Shown piece after piece: positions 47,290 to 61,106 of a stretch of DNA of 64,000 nucleotides. The stretch lies in assembly GCA_965112155.1 (NCBI GenBank), contig OZ218101.1; one strand, 5' to 3'. The notes under the pieces were generated by a model, which worked only from the letters and a program-made list of their open reading frames with translations, did not search any database and was not told the origin of the DNA. This stretch comes from Podarcis liolepis (lineage: Eukaryota). How positions within the stretch are numbered: position 1 is the first letter of the stretch; every line of letters starts with the position of its first letter. Made by a program: the position numbers and the translations under genes.

Positions 47290-50224
47290 CTTTTAGAGGA
47301 AAAGGGGGTGGGGAATGTGATATCATAAACATGTTTTTTTGTACCCTTTCCACCAAATAGTGTTCAAGGTGACAAACAATGATACAAACAATACCATAAA
47401 AGAGCAAGAGAATAAAAAAGGCACATAAAATCATCAATAAAAGCAACTGTTTTAAACTTTGTCTGCCTACAATTCAAAAGGCTGGGAAGACACTTATCTA
47501 TAGAAATTTAAAGATTCAAGTCTAGTCAGTGTAGTTCCACCTCCCCTTTTGAACCAGGAATAGCACCAGGAATTCAAGCATGCTAATGATTTGGATGAGT
47601 ACATCCAACCTAGATCATCTACTGGCAAGGCTGCAACACAAATGCCTATGAGGGCCACCACATGTAGCAATTTTGTTGCACAGATTTTATCTGTGTGCAA
47701 GCAATTTCCTGCGTTATGCAAACAGATAGTACAAAACTCCAATGAATGACTTCCAGCGACTGATTTCCAGAGCAGGTACAGTAGCAAAACGGACCCATGC
47801 ACACTCATCAGATCACATAGTATGGACAGCATAAACAAGAGATACACAGAATGCTCTACACCAGCAGTTCCCAACTGGGGGTCTATGTAACCCACCCAGG
47901 GGATTCATGGCACACCCCCCTCAACTGTCTGGGATATCCCATTTTGGGGGTCCGTGCTCTCACTCAAGAGCACAGTGCCCCAAAACATGAGAAATTGCAG
48001 CTAGATGCACATCTCATGTGAGACCACGGCACCCAAAAACGCACATTCCAGTTTTGTACTGGAACATATTAGAGGGCATGGTGGAACCATCCACATAACA
48101 AAAACTACCAAAGAGATACCAACATTTTCAAATTTTCATGACTCGGCTTTGAAAAACAGGGTTCCGCAGTACTTAGCCAATTGGGAACAACTGCCCTACA
48201 CACAAGAAAATTACATGTCAGAAATATGTACAGGATATAGCCATTTTCACTGTAACAAATAAATCCACAAAAATTATCAGCCCAATTTCTCACTTGTTTG
48301 CAACACACTGCTAGCCTGAAGGAGAAACAAATCTCTTCCTATTTACAAAAGCTGCTTTACCTGGTCACCTTGCTCATGGAGGGAATCTAGAAGTCAAGCT
48401 GATATTTACATGCCTCTCAATACTCAAAGAACATTAAAGCTTTCTACAATGAGAATAAGCTCATTAGGCACCACTGTTCTAACATTTTTAGAGCCTGTGA
48501 TACAAGACGGGTACAAAGTTTAGAATCTTGAATTGTTACATTTGGAAAACAAGGCTATAGTAAAATAAGTTAAATTTAGAACTGAGCTGTCAATCTACAC
48601 CACAGGAGTCATCAGTGTTCCACTAACCTCAGCGACATGAAGAATTTAAAAATAAATGCATTATGGCAGATGTAGCAGCAGCTAAGCTTACTTTTACAAG
48701 CAGCAAATGAGGTGATAAACCTGTGTCTCAACTGTACCACTGGTGTGCAATGAAGGCTCCCATAACTGAAAGTCTTCCCGCCCCCTCAAAAAATGTACAA
48801 AGTGAATGGGGACAATATCCATAATAGGGAGAACCAAAATTCATACAAGCCATTCTCACACACAATCATGCCCCCCCCACTCACTCACTCTTTCTCACAA
48901 ACACGCACACACACAGAAGCAATACACAAATGAATTGACTCATTTTCTCTTCCTTGAGAAATGTGAGTCCTTCATTTTCTCTCTGAGCTGAGAAAGGGGA
49001 TTGTTTCAGAGCCAGATTGCAAACCTCTTAGGTTGCAACAAAGGTCAATTGAAAAATGGTCCCCCTCTGACTAAATCAAGCCATCAATTGCATGCTGAGG
49101 CCTCATGCTTCATTGACTTGCAAGCGTCTTTAAATGATCAAAAAATTTTAAAAATTCAAAAAAACAACAACACAGACACAAGAAGTAAACCTACATTAGA
49201 TCAGGGACTCCTGTCTTTGAAGGTAACATCTGGGTTTTATTTCAACCCCCTTGGGTAACAAACAAACACACATATGCCACAGATACATTGCAACAGTTTG
49301 TTGTGAGGCCCTGCATGCTCACCCCTATTACTTAACCACGTTACAGTAGCTTCAGCTTTATTTTTTGAGGGTTTTATACTTCCTAGTGCATCTGAGAAAT
49401 AATAAATGTTGTTTCTTCTGCAGGAAACAGTGCAAGTGATCAAACAGAAAAGCACAATATTTTAGATTAGTGTTTACAGTCCATTCAAATGTAACATATT
49501 TGCCTATGGTTCTTCCCATATTAGCCTTCCAAATCAACTTGAAATCAATTTTCTACATCATTTGTGAGCTTCTATCCACTGACTTGGTTGTCCAAAATTC
49601 ATCCCTGCCGGATAATTACTGTAGCTGGGCAATAAAGCTCTCTCCTGCTTAATGTAATAAACATATTGGCATCTCTATTCTTATTCAGGGACACATGGCC
49701 AAGCCTACCTTAAGTTATGATGCAACTATCAGTCCTTTATCATCTTCAGCAGGTTGGTAATTAACCAACTTGCCTGGTCATCCACGATGGATGAAAATTG
49801 TCTGACCACATTGAAGCAAGTTACAGGGGATTAAGGCATATGTACCTCATTCTCCCTTCTAACCTCAAATGCTACGGGATCTTTAAGGCTAAGCAGCAAA
49901 ATAAAAGTCTAACCCATTCGTGGCTGTGAATGGGGCTGTGCATGCAATTCTGAGGCCGCAAAACCGATGAGGAAGTCCTATAGGATTGTGGCCTACAGTC
50001 CCAGACTGCACGGTAATGCATTAATTAACTCAATGATTTTTGCATCTCCATTTGTCTACTTAAAAACAATCTGGGTTTTATTTAAGAGACCCAAATGCTT
50101 GCAGTTTAAAACCTACCATGAAAGTAGCCCTCACCATATGGTAAGCTTGACTACTGTATATATCAGCAGTAGGCTCTCTTACTTGAGGAACAAAGTACAC
50201 TTTCTTATTACAGGTCAAACTTGT

Positions 50225-50822
50225 TATTGATGGCATCCATCTGTCTCGATAAATGGAGTGCGCCTCCAGGGGTGGAGTCAAAGTGCTGCATTAGCTGCAC
50301 TAAAGTGACCTCCTCAGGGAACGACCCTGGCCAGAATGTATGAAGGTCCTGAGCTGCCCAGACAACAAGACCTCCCCCTCTCAGCCTCCAAAGGAAAGCA
50401 GAGCAAGTGACCTTCTCCCAAAGATATCCCAGAGGAGGTTTAGGATCAGAGTTTTCATTCTCCTAGATGGGCTACCTTCCCAAGTTGACAAGCCTCATTT
50501 GCCCGTCACTTCCCTCTACAGCATGTGCAGAAACCGCCTTCTGATTGTTGGAACCACCACTGATCTCGTCCACTCAATATGCCAGAGCCTTTCTTCACAT
50601 ACAGTCCCTAACTCACTGAGGGTTTGGGACCCATTAGCTACCCTGGTTTAGCCAGTCTGTTGAAGCTATTCCCAGGGTGTGGCTGCTGTCACATGCTGAC
50701 AGCTTCTAGGAGGTACAGGGGAGAGCAGAGTGCAGGGAGGGGACCAAAGGTGGACAAACTACCCCAGAAGAAGCACAACATGTCCCCCACTAGGGGTATT
50801 ACTCCTCGCCTAACACCCCACA
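50225..50822 (-). mobile_element. RTE-derived non-autonomous retroelement (5' UTR joined to 3' end)
   Basis: RTE-like 3' terminus (reverse of GATGGCATCCATCTGTCTCG) and RTE 5' UTR-like motif (reverse of TTCTCCTAGATGGGCTACCTTCCCAAG); no ORF. Confidence 0.45.
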
Positions 50823-52546
50823 GTTCCAACACAGTATTATCTACTTCACTGGAATTGTTTATCCAGGATCTCTTTCGCCACCTGCTTTTTAGTCCTTCTT
50901 TCTACCTGGAGATACCAGAGACTGAACTTGGGATCTTCTGTACACAAAAGATATAGTTTGTCATTTACCTACAGTCTCTCACCTGACCTTTAATCTTCTT
51001 ATCATCAAACCTGAAATCTAATAACAAATCTGAGTGAACTTCCCACATCTCATTAATTTCAAGCTCACACTAATATTTTCCTTCATAAACAAAAGAGAGA
51101 AGGAGGACCCATTATAAAACATTCTATCACTGAAAAAGGATTTGATTCATCCCACAAGCCCAGCAAAGTGAAACCCTTCTCATTTTAGCTACCATAAAGT
51201 CATCAGGATGCTACAAAACAGAAAAATAAGAGGAAATCAATGGACTCTCTTTCATTCTCAAGCAGGTCACACTAAACTTGATTTAAGATTCAAAACCTAC
51301 GGTTTGCATTCAGGACAGACATCACATTCAGACACCATTCAGGTTACAGTACACCTTGCATCCTTTATTAGAAGGAAAATTTCCTCCTATCCTGTCCAAG
51401 ATACATGGAAGCACTAAGTAGAAAGGACTATGGCAATTTATCCATGATGACTAAACGACTAAACAACAACAAAAGTGAGGTCAATTGCTGTAGAAACTGA
51501 CCCAGCCTGTACTCAGAAAGTTAAAAATGCATAGAATAGAGGAGCACAATGCAACTTTTAAGTTCTGCTCAACTCACCAGCACAACAAATTTTAAAAGCA
51601 CTTGCCCAATTCCCAGTCTCACTCTTCTAATTTTATGCAATGGGGGTGAGGAAAGAACTAAAAGGGTTGTATCCAATAATGCATTAACAGAGTTCCATTT
51701 GTGCAACAGAACTTCCCCTTCCTCTCCTCACGTGCCCCCGAAATCTGCCTCAGAATCTCCCCAAACCCCCTGGAGCAGATTTTGGGCGTGCACAGGAGGC
51801 AGCAGAGTAGGGGAAACCCCACTGTACAAGTGGAAGTCTGCTGTGTGAGTGCAAAAGCAGCATTGGATACAACCCAATGACTGTTACATGGAATATAATG
51901 AAACAATACAAATGAAAAATAAAAACAGATATCAAGCAAAACTTTTCCTATTGTGTAAATCCATAGCATTCCAGCCATCTCAGTTTTCGTCAAATTTTTA
52001 AGAAAACCAAATATCAACTAACACAGCAAGATGGGGTCTCTAGTGGGGCAATATTCCAGGTTTCTTAACCCACCCAAATTCACAGCCCATCCAAGACTAC
52101 TCAGTTCTAATGAGGATCACTCAAAAGACTCATGTTTAGACAGTTGAAGTCTCTTACCACCAACTATAACAATTCATCGGATTTCCATAGTCTAGAGTAG
52201 CATATTCTATATATAAATCAAGTGAGCGAGACACCAAAACTATTTATAGTAATCTTATGATGCACACCTTAAGATACCGTCTAATTTAGAAAGAATTAGC
52301 CATTTGAAACATTCAGCAGAAAACATAAAATGTAATTCAATCCAGCTGTAAACAAAATTCTACATCTCCAATATCACAAAAATATATTTCACCTCTATTG
52401 TGCAATTGTCAGGTCAGTATGAAATTAACAAGCGAATTATACACAATCTCCTGGCTCTGTTTTTTTGATTAGCAGAATAGATTGCATTGTATCAAGTTAC
52501 ACAGACACACATCATATTATTATATACACTAAAGAGGAGTTCCTAC

Positions 52547-52618
52547 CTGTAAGTCTGTCTTCAGCCATTTGGAATCAAACCGGGTCTGAGCAGCCAAACA
52601 AAAAGATTCAGAAGACAT
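52547..52618 (-). CDS. HERC2: HERC2 exon 2 coding part (start codon; whole exon 52547-52658)
   Basis: ATG at 52618-52616; MSSESFCLAAQTRFDSKWLKTDLQ; donor GTAGG; acceptor CAG at 52659-52661. Confidence 0.95.
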
Positions 52619-53799
52619 CTTCCCTTTTCAAATCAGTCTTTTCAGCTGGCTGGACAACCTGTCACAAAATGTTTGTGTGTGTGTGTTACTAAAAGCAATG
52701 AAAGTACGGTATCTGCACACACGCAACCATATGGTTTCCATCTTCCTTTAACAACCATTATTCACAGAAAGAGAAGACTCACTACAACAGGCTGGCGCTA
52801 TGAAATACAAAGCATTTATAGGCAGGGAATCAAGAGCATTAGTACTCTGTTTACAAGAGTGCTGTTTACCCCATACAAGCCTCCTCCCAGACCAGAAGTC
52901 GAAAACATCCTCCGCTATTGCACCATGCTACACTATGAGAGACCTGTGCTGCTGCTATCTTTCAGACTTGTGACTGGTGCATGAAATAAATAATTGATCT
53001 ACGATTATACAAGCCAACCAACCCAAACCATTCATCCCTCCACACCCTGAAAAAAGCACGTTGAAGGAGTAGTAAAGGGAGATAGCAGTTTAACATGGAA
53101 AGATGAAGAAAAAACTCTCCATGTCTCACCCCTACACCCAATTATTTTCCCAACTACACCAACGAACTTCCATGACAAGCAGGACCTACTGTCACCATAA
53201 ACACACATTTTGCTGTCTGTCTCCAGTTGCCTCTCCGCTAGCCGGGAACTAACCAAAAATGTGTGGTTTCGGGGGGGGGGGGTGATCTAAAACCAAGCAA
53301 GGCTACAATTTAACAGTTTTCTGCTTGCCTGCTCTGAGGCCATCTCTGAAAACAAAAGAATAAAACCAACACCGGCGGGCTGGAGGAGGAGGAGGCGGCG
53401 GTTTGTGGATCAATATGCACTAAAGCCCCTCTCTCTTCTCTAAGAGGAAGCCATGAACATATACATATATATTTATATTTCCCCATACGTATACACTCTC
53501 ACACACCCGTTTGCACCCTTAAACCTTCTCCCCGTCCAAAAGCAGGCGCAAAATCCCTCCTTGCATCCATTCCCCGCAAGCCCACCCACCATAAAAAGGA
53601 GCCCACCATGCGACCCTGCCCAAGCTCCATGTTCAAGCGTCCGTCGTGTCCCGTCCCCCTACCACGCGTTGCTTATGCCAGATATTTCATGTTGCGCCTG
53701 TCAGGAGAGACACAAGGGGTGCGTGGAGGAACTGGGATCTCTGCTTGCATGCATGCGCAGGTTACCTCTAAATACACCGAAGCCACACATGCACGTACC

Positions 53800-54530
53800 T
53801 AAATCATGCACAGACCCCGCAGCCGCCGCCTCCTCCATCCCAAGGACGCCCCCAGCCTCCGAACAGGGAGGTGAACTGACCGCCCTCCCAACCTCTATCG
53901 ATGCACGCAGAGGCCCAGCTCGCCCCTCCCTCTCTTGCTGCTGCTTTTCGGGCTCCAGGGAGACGGCGGGGGGTGTCTACGGGGGCCTCCGGGCGGCGCT
54001 GCCGCCGCCCCCGGAACCCGCAACCCCCACACTCACCTGCCCAGCAGCCTCGCCTGCTCCGCGCGGGAGTTGGCGGCGGCTCCAGCTGTCCTGTCAGGCC
54101 CCCGCGCAGCTCCAACTAATACCCCCCTCTCCCTCCTCCTTGTCCGCTCTCCCCCTCCCCACATCCCTAGCCAAACCGGATGGAGGCTAGCGGGGCGGGC
54201 TAAAAGGGAAACACCGCTTAGTCCCCCTTCTGCCCAATCAGGTCGCAGCTGTCGGGCAAGCTCCAGCCAATCCGCTCCCAGGGATACCTCGCCTTTCCTC
54301 TCGGGAGCAGAGCGGGTGGGGGGAAGCCATAGAGAGGAAATGGCGAGAAGGGCTCCGGTTACCATAGAAGTTGCTTGCTTTTGCGGCGGCAGGGGGCGAA
54401 GGCGGGGAGGGGAGCGGCTGCAGGAGCGCCCGTTCGGTGCTGGTTTTCCGATGGCGGGTCTTTCCTTTCAGGTGTATTGCGGTGGCTTTCTCTAGCGCTG
54501 CCTCCAGTTCTGCGGATTTTACGTCGGAAT
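53800..54530. promoter_or_regulatory. HERC2 CpG-island promoter with GC box and paired CCAAT boxes
   Basis: GC- and CpG-rich block; GGGGCGGGC 54192-54200; CCAAT 54234-54238 and 54267-54271 (33 bp apart); ATGGCG (YY1-like) near 54340 and 54451. Confidence 0.8.
54037..54150 (-). other. HERC2: HERC2 exon 1 (non-coding 5' UTR; 5' end approximate)
   Basis: Consensus donor CAG|GTGAGT (+ strand actcac 54031-54036) inside a CpG island, upstream of the ATG-bearing exon 2. Confidence 0.75.
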
Positions 54531-55077
54531 AGTGCTGTCGTGTTTATATATTATATATATCGGGCTTGCCTTTCCCATAAGACGGATTGTGGGACAATGG
54601 AGGCGCATATTTCAGCCCAAGAAAATGGGGAGGAAAAATCCCCATTGCATGTATAACTCTGAAGAGGCAAAGAGAAAAGAACGCTTCACAATTATTATAT
54701 AGAACAGTTAGTCTTGATGGTAGCAGTGATCCTCCCAGATGCAAGTTGTTTCGTCACCGAAGTCCTCTAATTTCTCCCATTTTTGGTGGCTAACGTTTAG
54801 TAAGCCATTTAACATAAATTGCAAGAGCAAAACGACGGAAGGCTACATTTAGGGGTTATTTTTCACACTCAGCAAATATATGTACCACCACCACCCCGCT
54901 AAAATAAAAAAAATGTGTTCTATCCACCTTCAGTACCATGATGCCAACTCTTGCTCTTGCCAACTGCCTCTTACTTGCCCCCATCAGGATGAATAAGGCA
55001 GAGATGCATCTCCCATAAAATCTTTGAAGCAAGAAGATAAACTGAGGATGGACTTAACTTGTGTAGAGGTGGGAGAA

Positions 55078-55245
55078 TTGGATCAGGCCAATGGCACATC
55101 TAGTCCAGCACCCTGTTCTCAAAAGTGGCCAGCCGGATGCCTATGTAAAGCCTGCAAACAGGACCTGAACACAATAGCACTCTCCCCTCCTGTGGCTCCC
55201 AACAACTGGTATTCAGATCAGAAGCATTACTGCCTCCAACCAATT
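55078..55245 (-). mobile_element. CR1 LINE 3'-end fragment
   Basis: GGATCAGGCCAATGGCACATCTAGTCCAGCACCCTGTTCTC, a squamate CR1 3' motif; related degenerate copy at about 29925-30010. Confidence 0.6.
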
Positions 55246-55829
55246 TTGACAGGCGGGTGGAGCTGGGTTGAAATGAAAGCTTCAGAACTACACTGAAGCA
55301 GACAGAATAGCCCAACTACTGTACATGGTATGTGTTTGCTAAACAGATCAGTGAGGTGCTAAAGGGCCACACAAATAGCTTTTTGATTTATCAGTGGAAT
55401 TAAAATGTTGCCTTACAACGTTTCATTAAAATATCCATAAATTAAAAAATATCAGAGTCAAATCTATATCACTGTGCAGGGCTGGGGATTAGGGCAGCTT
55501 GTTGCCCAAGAGCAGTACTGTACTGGTTTTGCAAGCTAACCCAGGATACTGCATTGGTGTAGTAGCATGGATCCACCTGCTGCAGCGTTTGCTGGGTGCA
55601 CTACACAGCTCATGCAGAAAGCAAAACGGGAGAGGATGGTGCATGAGACAGAACTGGAGACAACAACTCATATGTAGTTCCTGTGTCCACTTGCACAGCT
55701 AGCTATATCATTGTAGCCCTACACATAGAAACTTGGAATCATCTGACACTATTGCAGAAAGCCATTATGTATAATAGAATTGGAGAACTGACAGTATACA
55801 TGTTTGGACTCACCTAATAATATTATTAA

Positions 55830-55965
55830 GCATCAAACATTAAAAACTTCCCTAAACAGGGCTGCCTTCAGATGTTTTCTAAAAGTCAGATAGTTGTTTA
55901 TTTCCTTGACATATGATGGGAGGGCATTCCACAGGGCGGGCGCCACTACCGAGAAGGCTCCCTGC
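55830..55965 (-). mobile_element. L2-type LINE 3' fragment
   Basis: Reverse-complement homolog of 1259-1378. Confidence 0.6.
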
Positions 55966-58001
55966 CATATAAGATGATGCTGTAGTTGTGTTTCTTTAAA
56001 CCTCTTTCTGTTCTATTACAGCTATATGTGGCTGTATTCATATTTACTCAGAAGAAGGTCCCACTCCAACGCAGGTATACATATGGTGGAACTATAAAAA
56101 AAGTTTTGCTGAAGCTGCAGTCCTATTCATCCTTGAGAGTAAACTGAATAAGGCAGAACAGAGGAAATGCTGAGAGACACGCACACCAACTCCTGGGTTT
56201 CCCCCAATAATGTTGGTGGGTGGGGGCACTTGCAGAAGAGAATTGTTAAATGGGAGGGGATTGCTTGAACACTTTTCTTCTCTTGCTAATTTGTACTGTA
56301 GATAGCTCCTCCAAACCCTGAAACTTATTTAATTATGGCTGGGGCTGAGGGAAATAACTTTAGGGGGCATTTACAGGAAATAATCAGTGGACATGTGAGG
56401 AGTTAAATACTCCACACTCTCACACACTGGTCCTTGCCCTGAAAGTATTCCCCTTGGTCTTACATACAAATTACAGTATATCTGCATGTCTGTTTCAGCC
56501 CTATATTGGACTTACTTCTGAGTAAGCATGGATAGAATAGCTTGTTGCCGTTTGCTTTCACCTGAAATAAAGGATATTAATTTGTAACTTACCTTAAATC
56601 ACATGAGTGTTCACCAGTGTTTGTAATGGAAGCTAAGGTTCCAAGAATATTTTTTTATAGATTAGCAAGCTATTTTTATTGACGGTGGAATGGTGCTTAG
56701 AGGCCACACTGACGGATGTACCAGAAACAAGCATTGAAATTATGAAATAGGACCAAAGTATAGATAATCTATTTTGCTTTAGCAGAGGGTACTGATAATT
56801 ATATGGTGCATGAAGGCAAAACAAAGCAACTTCTGTAACAGCAAGGCAGAACTATTCATTCCAGAACAAGGCAGTCATTGTTCTCTTGTTTAGGACCATT
56901 TTACCATTTTAAACTCTAAAGTCTAGAGCATTTGAAAGAAAATGGCATTTGACTTGGAATATTAGAAATCAACCTTGGTGATAATTAAGATTTGGTGCCA
57001 TCTTCCATGGCATTTACCTGATATCAGTTCTGTAGTTTTTAGTTCATGCTGATCCTTACGAATCAAAATAATATTTGCTTCCCCAACTTACTTTCTCTCT
57101 CTCTCTCTCTCTCTCTCAACAGATGGAACCTACCAGTAAGTCTCTACAGGCTCCCTGCCCACTATTGTGTTAAATTCTGTGACTCTACAATTTGCAGGCC
57201 ACAAATCTGTTCTCAGATAAAACACAAAATTTTGCTGGAACTGATAGCATCAGGAACAAAACAGTCTGGGATCCACATACCTTAACAAACACCTTATCCT
57301 GTTAAAGCATGTGGAAATATATTAATTTATTAACACCCTAAGGGCTACCAAACAACACTGCAAACAAATAGGTTTTGGACCCTAGGAGGATACTGACAAA
57401 GTATCAAAGTATCAAAGTAATAAAATATGAAACTAACTGAAGGAGCAAACAGAGATCGATTTAGCATTGTTTAGTTAAACATTTATTGGACAGCTTCAAA
57501 TAAAAATTATGCATTAAAGTTCAATCCAAAGCCATAAAAATACAAAACCAGTATCAAAATAAGTTAGGTAACAGAGTATATCAATAAATGAACAAATAGA
57601 TCTTTAAAACTTTAGAATTACAAAACCCTTGAAATCTTCAAGAATGTAAGAGTATTACTATTACTATCACTACTACTACTACTATGACTACTACTAAGTA
57701 CTAGGTGCTTAACCTGGGTTCATATTTCCTTTGGAATGAGGAATAGCAGAGATACTGGTATCTTTATGATATATAGTTTATTTACACATATATATAACCT
57801 GAGCCTACAATGGAGGGATTCACAGCTTTCACATCCCAAGAGAGCCTTGGATTCAAACAAAAATCAAACATCACTCTAACTCTATTGTTCCCCAGCCTGT
57901 TGCCTCCCAGAAATTACAATAATCTTGGCATACGATCTACTCCCCTACCAAAAAAAAAAACACACCAAAAAAACCTCATGGCAATATCAAGTAGGTAAGA
58001 C

Positions 58002-58294
58002 CAGTGTTAGGCAACCTAAGGCCTGGGGACCTGATGCGGCCCAATCGCCTTCTCAATCCAGCCTGTGGATGTTCCCGGAATCAGCATGTTTTTACATGAG
58101 TAGAATGTGTCCTTTTATTTAAAATGCATCTCTGGGTTATTTGTGGGGCCTCCCTGGTGTTTTTACATGAGAAGAACGTGTGCTTTTATTTAAAAATGCA
58201 TCTCTGGGTTATTTGTGGGGAATAGGAATTTGTTCATTTATTTATTTTTCAAAATATAGACCAGCCCACAGCTGAAGAAGGTTGCTGACCCCTG
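58002..58294. mobile_element. hAT MITE, same family as 19904-20156 in opposite orientation, with an internal tandem duplication
   Basis: Perfect 8-bp TSD GGTAAGAC; ends AAGGTTGCTGACCCCTG; shares the AAAATGCATCTCTGGGTT core. Confidence 0.85.
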
Positions 58295-59343
58295 GGTAAG
58301 ACCATCTTCAAGTTCCATATATGCATGAAGATACAGAGCTGGGAATTTTGAGCAGTGCACAATAATTTTGAGCAGTGCACTATCTGCAAGGAAGTTTTCC
58401 AGAGTATATACTTTCTACTCAGGAAGCATGTGAAAACTGAACGGTTTAGGACAGTGTTCACTTTTAATTTGTGACATATGATTTAAAGGCTTGACAGTAG
58501 CTACCAGGGGGTAAATGGAGATGTATTGTTTGGTTGGGATAATTTTTGTGTTGCATATATTTTTGAAGTTGCAATAAACTTTGAACTTCCTTTTAAGGAT
58601 GGAAAATCAGACTATGGCACAGTAAATGAAATAAGAGTAAGCCCATGAGCATTTCTAAGACAAATGTGAAAAACGCAAGAGAATATTTTTTCAATATGCT
58701 GTTCTTGTCCTGTTTGAAAAAGAGCTTTTTTTTTTTTTGCATTGCATTATTTATTTTGATTCACATTAAGGATGTTTTCAAGATGACTGGAGTTTCTGTG
58801 TCAGGGACAAAACTTCTGCAAATTATGAAACTGTACTTTCGTAGCTTGGTAAAATAGTGAAGGACACACAAATTGCACATACTGCATAACCATCTGGGTG
58901 ACTTTCAAAAAATACCATGACAAATAACAGGGAGAAATTCCCTGAGTCATGAAAACAAGCTGACTAAATCTTAAAACACATTTCTGGAGTGAAAAATGAC
59001 TCAATTTGTGTATTGGATTGTTTACTGATGATGATAAAAGTCTGAGGGATCAATCCACCAAGCTGTCTGCTGTGCAATTTCCATTCATTTTAATGGGCTT
59101 CCCAGTCTGAGATGCACTGAGAACTTTTTGATGATACAGCCACTCTTCAACTGTTGAAGAATTATGGTTCCTGGTTTGTTAGTTATAAAGATGTTTCTCC
59201 ATCTTTCAAGAATTACTTTTTAAACTCAGATTGGGTTTTTCTACATTGTTGCTTTCCCTTTTATTTCTAGGATCACATTCTACTTATGAAACCTCAGTGC
59301 AGTGTTAGAAGATTCAGGACAGACAAACGAAAGTGCTACTTCA

Positions 59344-59982
59344 TGTTAGAATTCCTGCTCCATGATTGCAGTCATGGGATTTTTGTCTATTCCATGACGG
59401 TATATGTTTTGACTCCACAGAGTGGGAAGTGACGGAGACAGGATGTTTGTGTTACTGCGTTCCGTTAAGTGTTAGAATTTAATCAATGCTTGAAGAGTTA
59501 AACTAGAAGTCAAACTCGTAATAGCTGGAGATTGCTCGAGAGGTGAACCATTAGCAGAGAATAATAAACACAGGGAGAATGGCCATCAGCACAACAGAGA
59601 CTCTCTGCCAGCCAGCAGATGGATGAAGCCCCACCCAGAGCTCTGAGATAGTAAGAAATGCCAGAATTTTTGTTAGGGGGAAGTTTCAGGTAGCTGTGGC
59701 ACGATCTAGTGAAAAAGGTGTCAGTCTGTTAAATGCAGCAATTGCAGGGGGTGGACCATAATGTGGGCTGCCTGTTCGAATCAGAGACTGCAGCAGTGGG
59801 AGAAACGGGACTCTCTTGCGAGTGTAATGATTTTAAACCCTCCACTGTAAGCTCGTATATATGTGAAAATAAACCATGTATCACAAAGATACCACCGTCT
59901 TTCCAAAGGAAACACAAACTCTGGCTAAGTGCTTGGACCCATAGATTCTCACATCACTCAGGGGTTGGGGTGGCGTGTAACA
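59344..59982 (+). mobile_element. Possible solo LTR
   Basis: TGTTA...TAACA inverted termini, about 640 bp, AATAAA near 59868; no clear TSD. Confidence 0.4.
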
Positions 59983-60645
59983 GTACTATCATTATTGTCC
60001 TTGAGAATAAATCCACTGCTCAAAGCGGAGTAGGATTGTGTGAACTGTCATCCCACTTCAGAGGATATGACTGAGTCTGGCACAATTTGGAATGAAACCA
60101 TCTTACTTCTACTCCCCTCCCAGTGTAAGCACTGGATAAGTCCCCAGGGAAAGAACCAATTGGAGATGGAGAGGAATAGGAGATGACTGCATAGCTTCTC
60201 CAGCCAGTGCCAAGGACAAATGTTTTGTTCGTCCAACAGGCTGGCACTGTTGACACAGTGCTTAATGTAACATATTTCAGAATCCTCTTCAGACTGAAAG
60301 CAGCAATACAAATGCATCTTCTAGGTAGATATCTGGCCAACATTTTAATTAACTTCCCCTTCCAGGCAGGCGATATTAGCTCTATCTTCTAGAATGAGCA
60401 GTTAAGAAAGTAAAATACTTTGCTTTTCCAGCCTCCAAAGTAGCACCTGGATGGAATGCCAAAGACTTAGCTCTTCTTGCCATAATTGCACAAGAGAAAC
60501 ACATAGGGTACAATGCAGAGAAAATGCGCGCCTTATTCCTGTTAATACTGATTGATTTAGCCTATGTTCTAAAGTCCTATTGATTTCAACTAGTCCTGCA
60601 ATTTTAGACAACTTACTTGGAATTAATGTATTTTAAATTGGTGAG

Positions 60646-61106
60646 GTCCGTATAGTTAAAGCTATGGTTTTCCCAGTAATGATGTATGGAAGGGAGAGCT
60701 GGACCATAAAGAAGGCTGATCGCCGAAGAATTTATGCTTTTGAATTATGGTGCTAGAGGAGACTCTTGAGAGTCCCATGGACTGCAAGAAGATCAAACCT
60801 ATCCATTCTTAAGGAAATCAGCCCTGAGTGCTCACTAGAAGGACAGATCGTGAAGCTGAGGCTCCAATACTTTGGCCACCTCATGAGAAGAGAAGACTCC
60901 CTGGAAAAGACCCTGATGTTGGGAAAGATGGAGGGCACAAGGAGAAGGGGACGACAGAGGACGAGATGGCTGGATAGTGTTCTCAGAGCTACCAGCATGA
61001 GTTTGACCAAACTGCGGGAGGCAGTGGAAGTCAGGAGTGCCTGGAGTGCTCTGGTCCATGGGGTCACGAAGAGTCAGACACGACTAAATGACTAAACAAC
61101 AACAAC
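60646..61106 (+). mobile_element. Bov-B LINE 3' fragment
   Basis: RVPWTARRSNLSILKEISPECSLEGQIVKLRLQYFGHL...; (CAA)n tail; 11-bp TSD AAATTGGTGAG. Confidence 0.92.

Larger units (their letters stand above)
1..54150 (-). other. HERC2: HERC2 gene, 5' portion (exons 1-50 in window; gene continues past the left edge; TSS approximate)
   Basis: 49 coding exons with GT(GC)-AG boundaries translate to a continuous ORF recognisable as HERC2 (MSSESFCLAAQTRFDSKWLKTDLQ... to ...KYKWGSVTHRSVGVVK); 8,023 coding nt with consistent phases. Confidence 0.98.

Noticed and set aside
53453-54495. 245-aa and 186-aa plus-strand ORFs at the HERC2 promoter
   Set aside because: CpG-island artefacts with no recognisable protein family.
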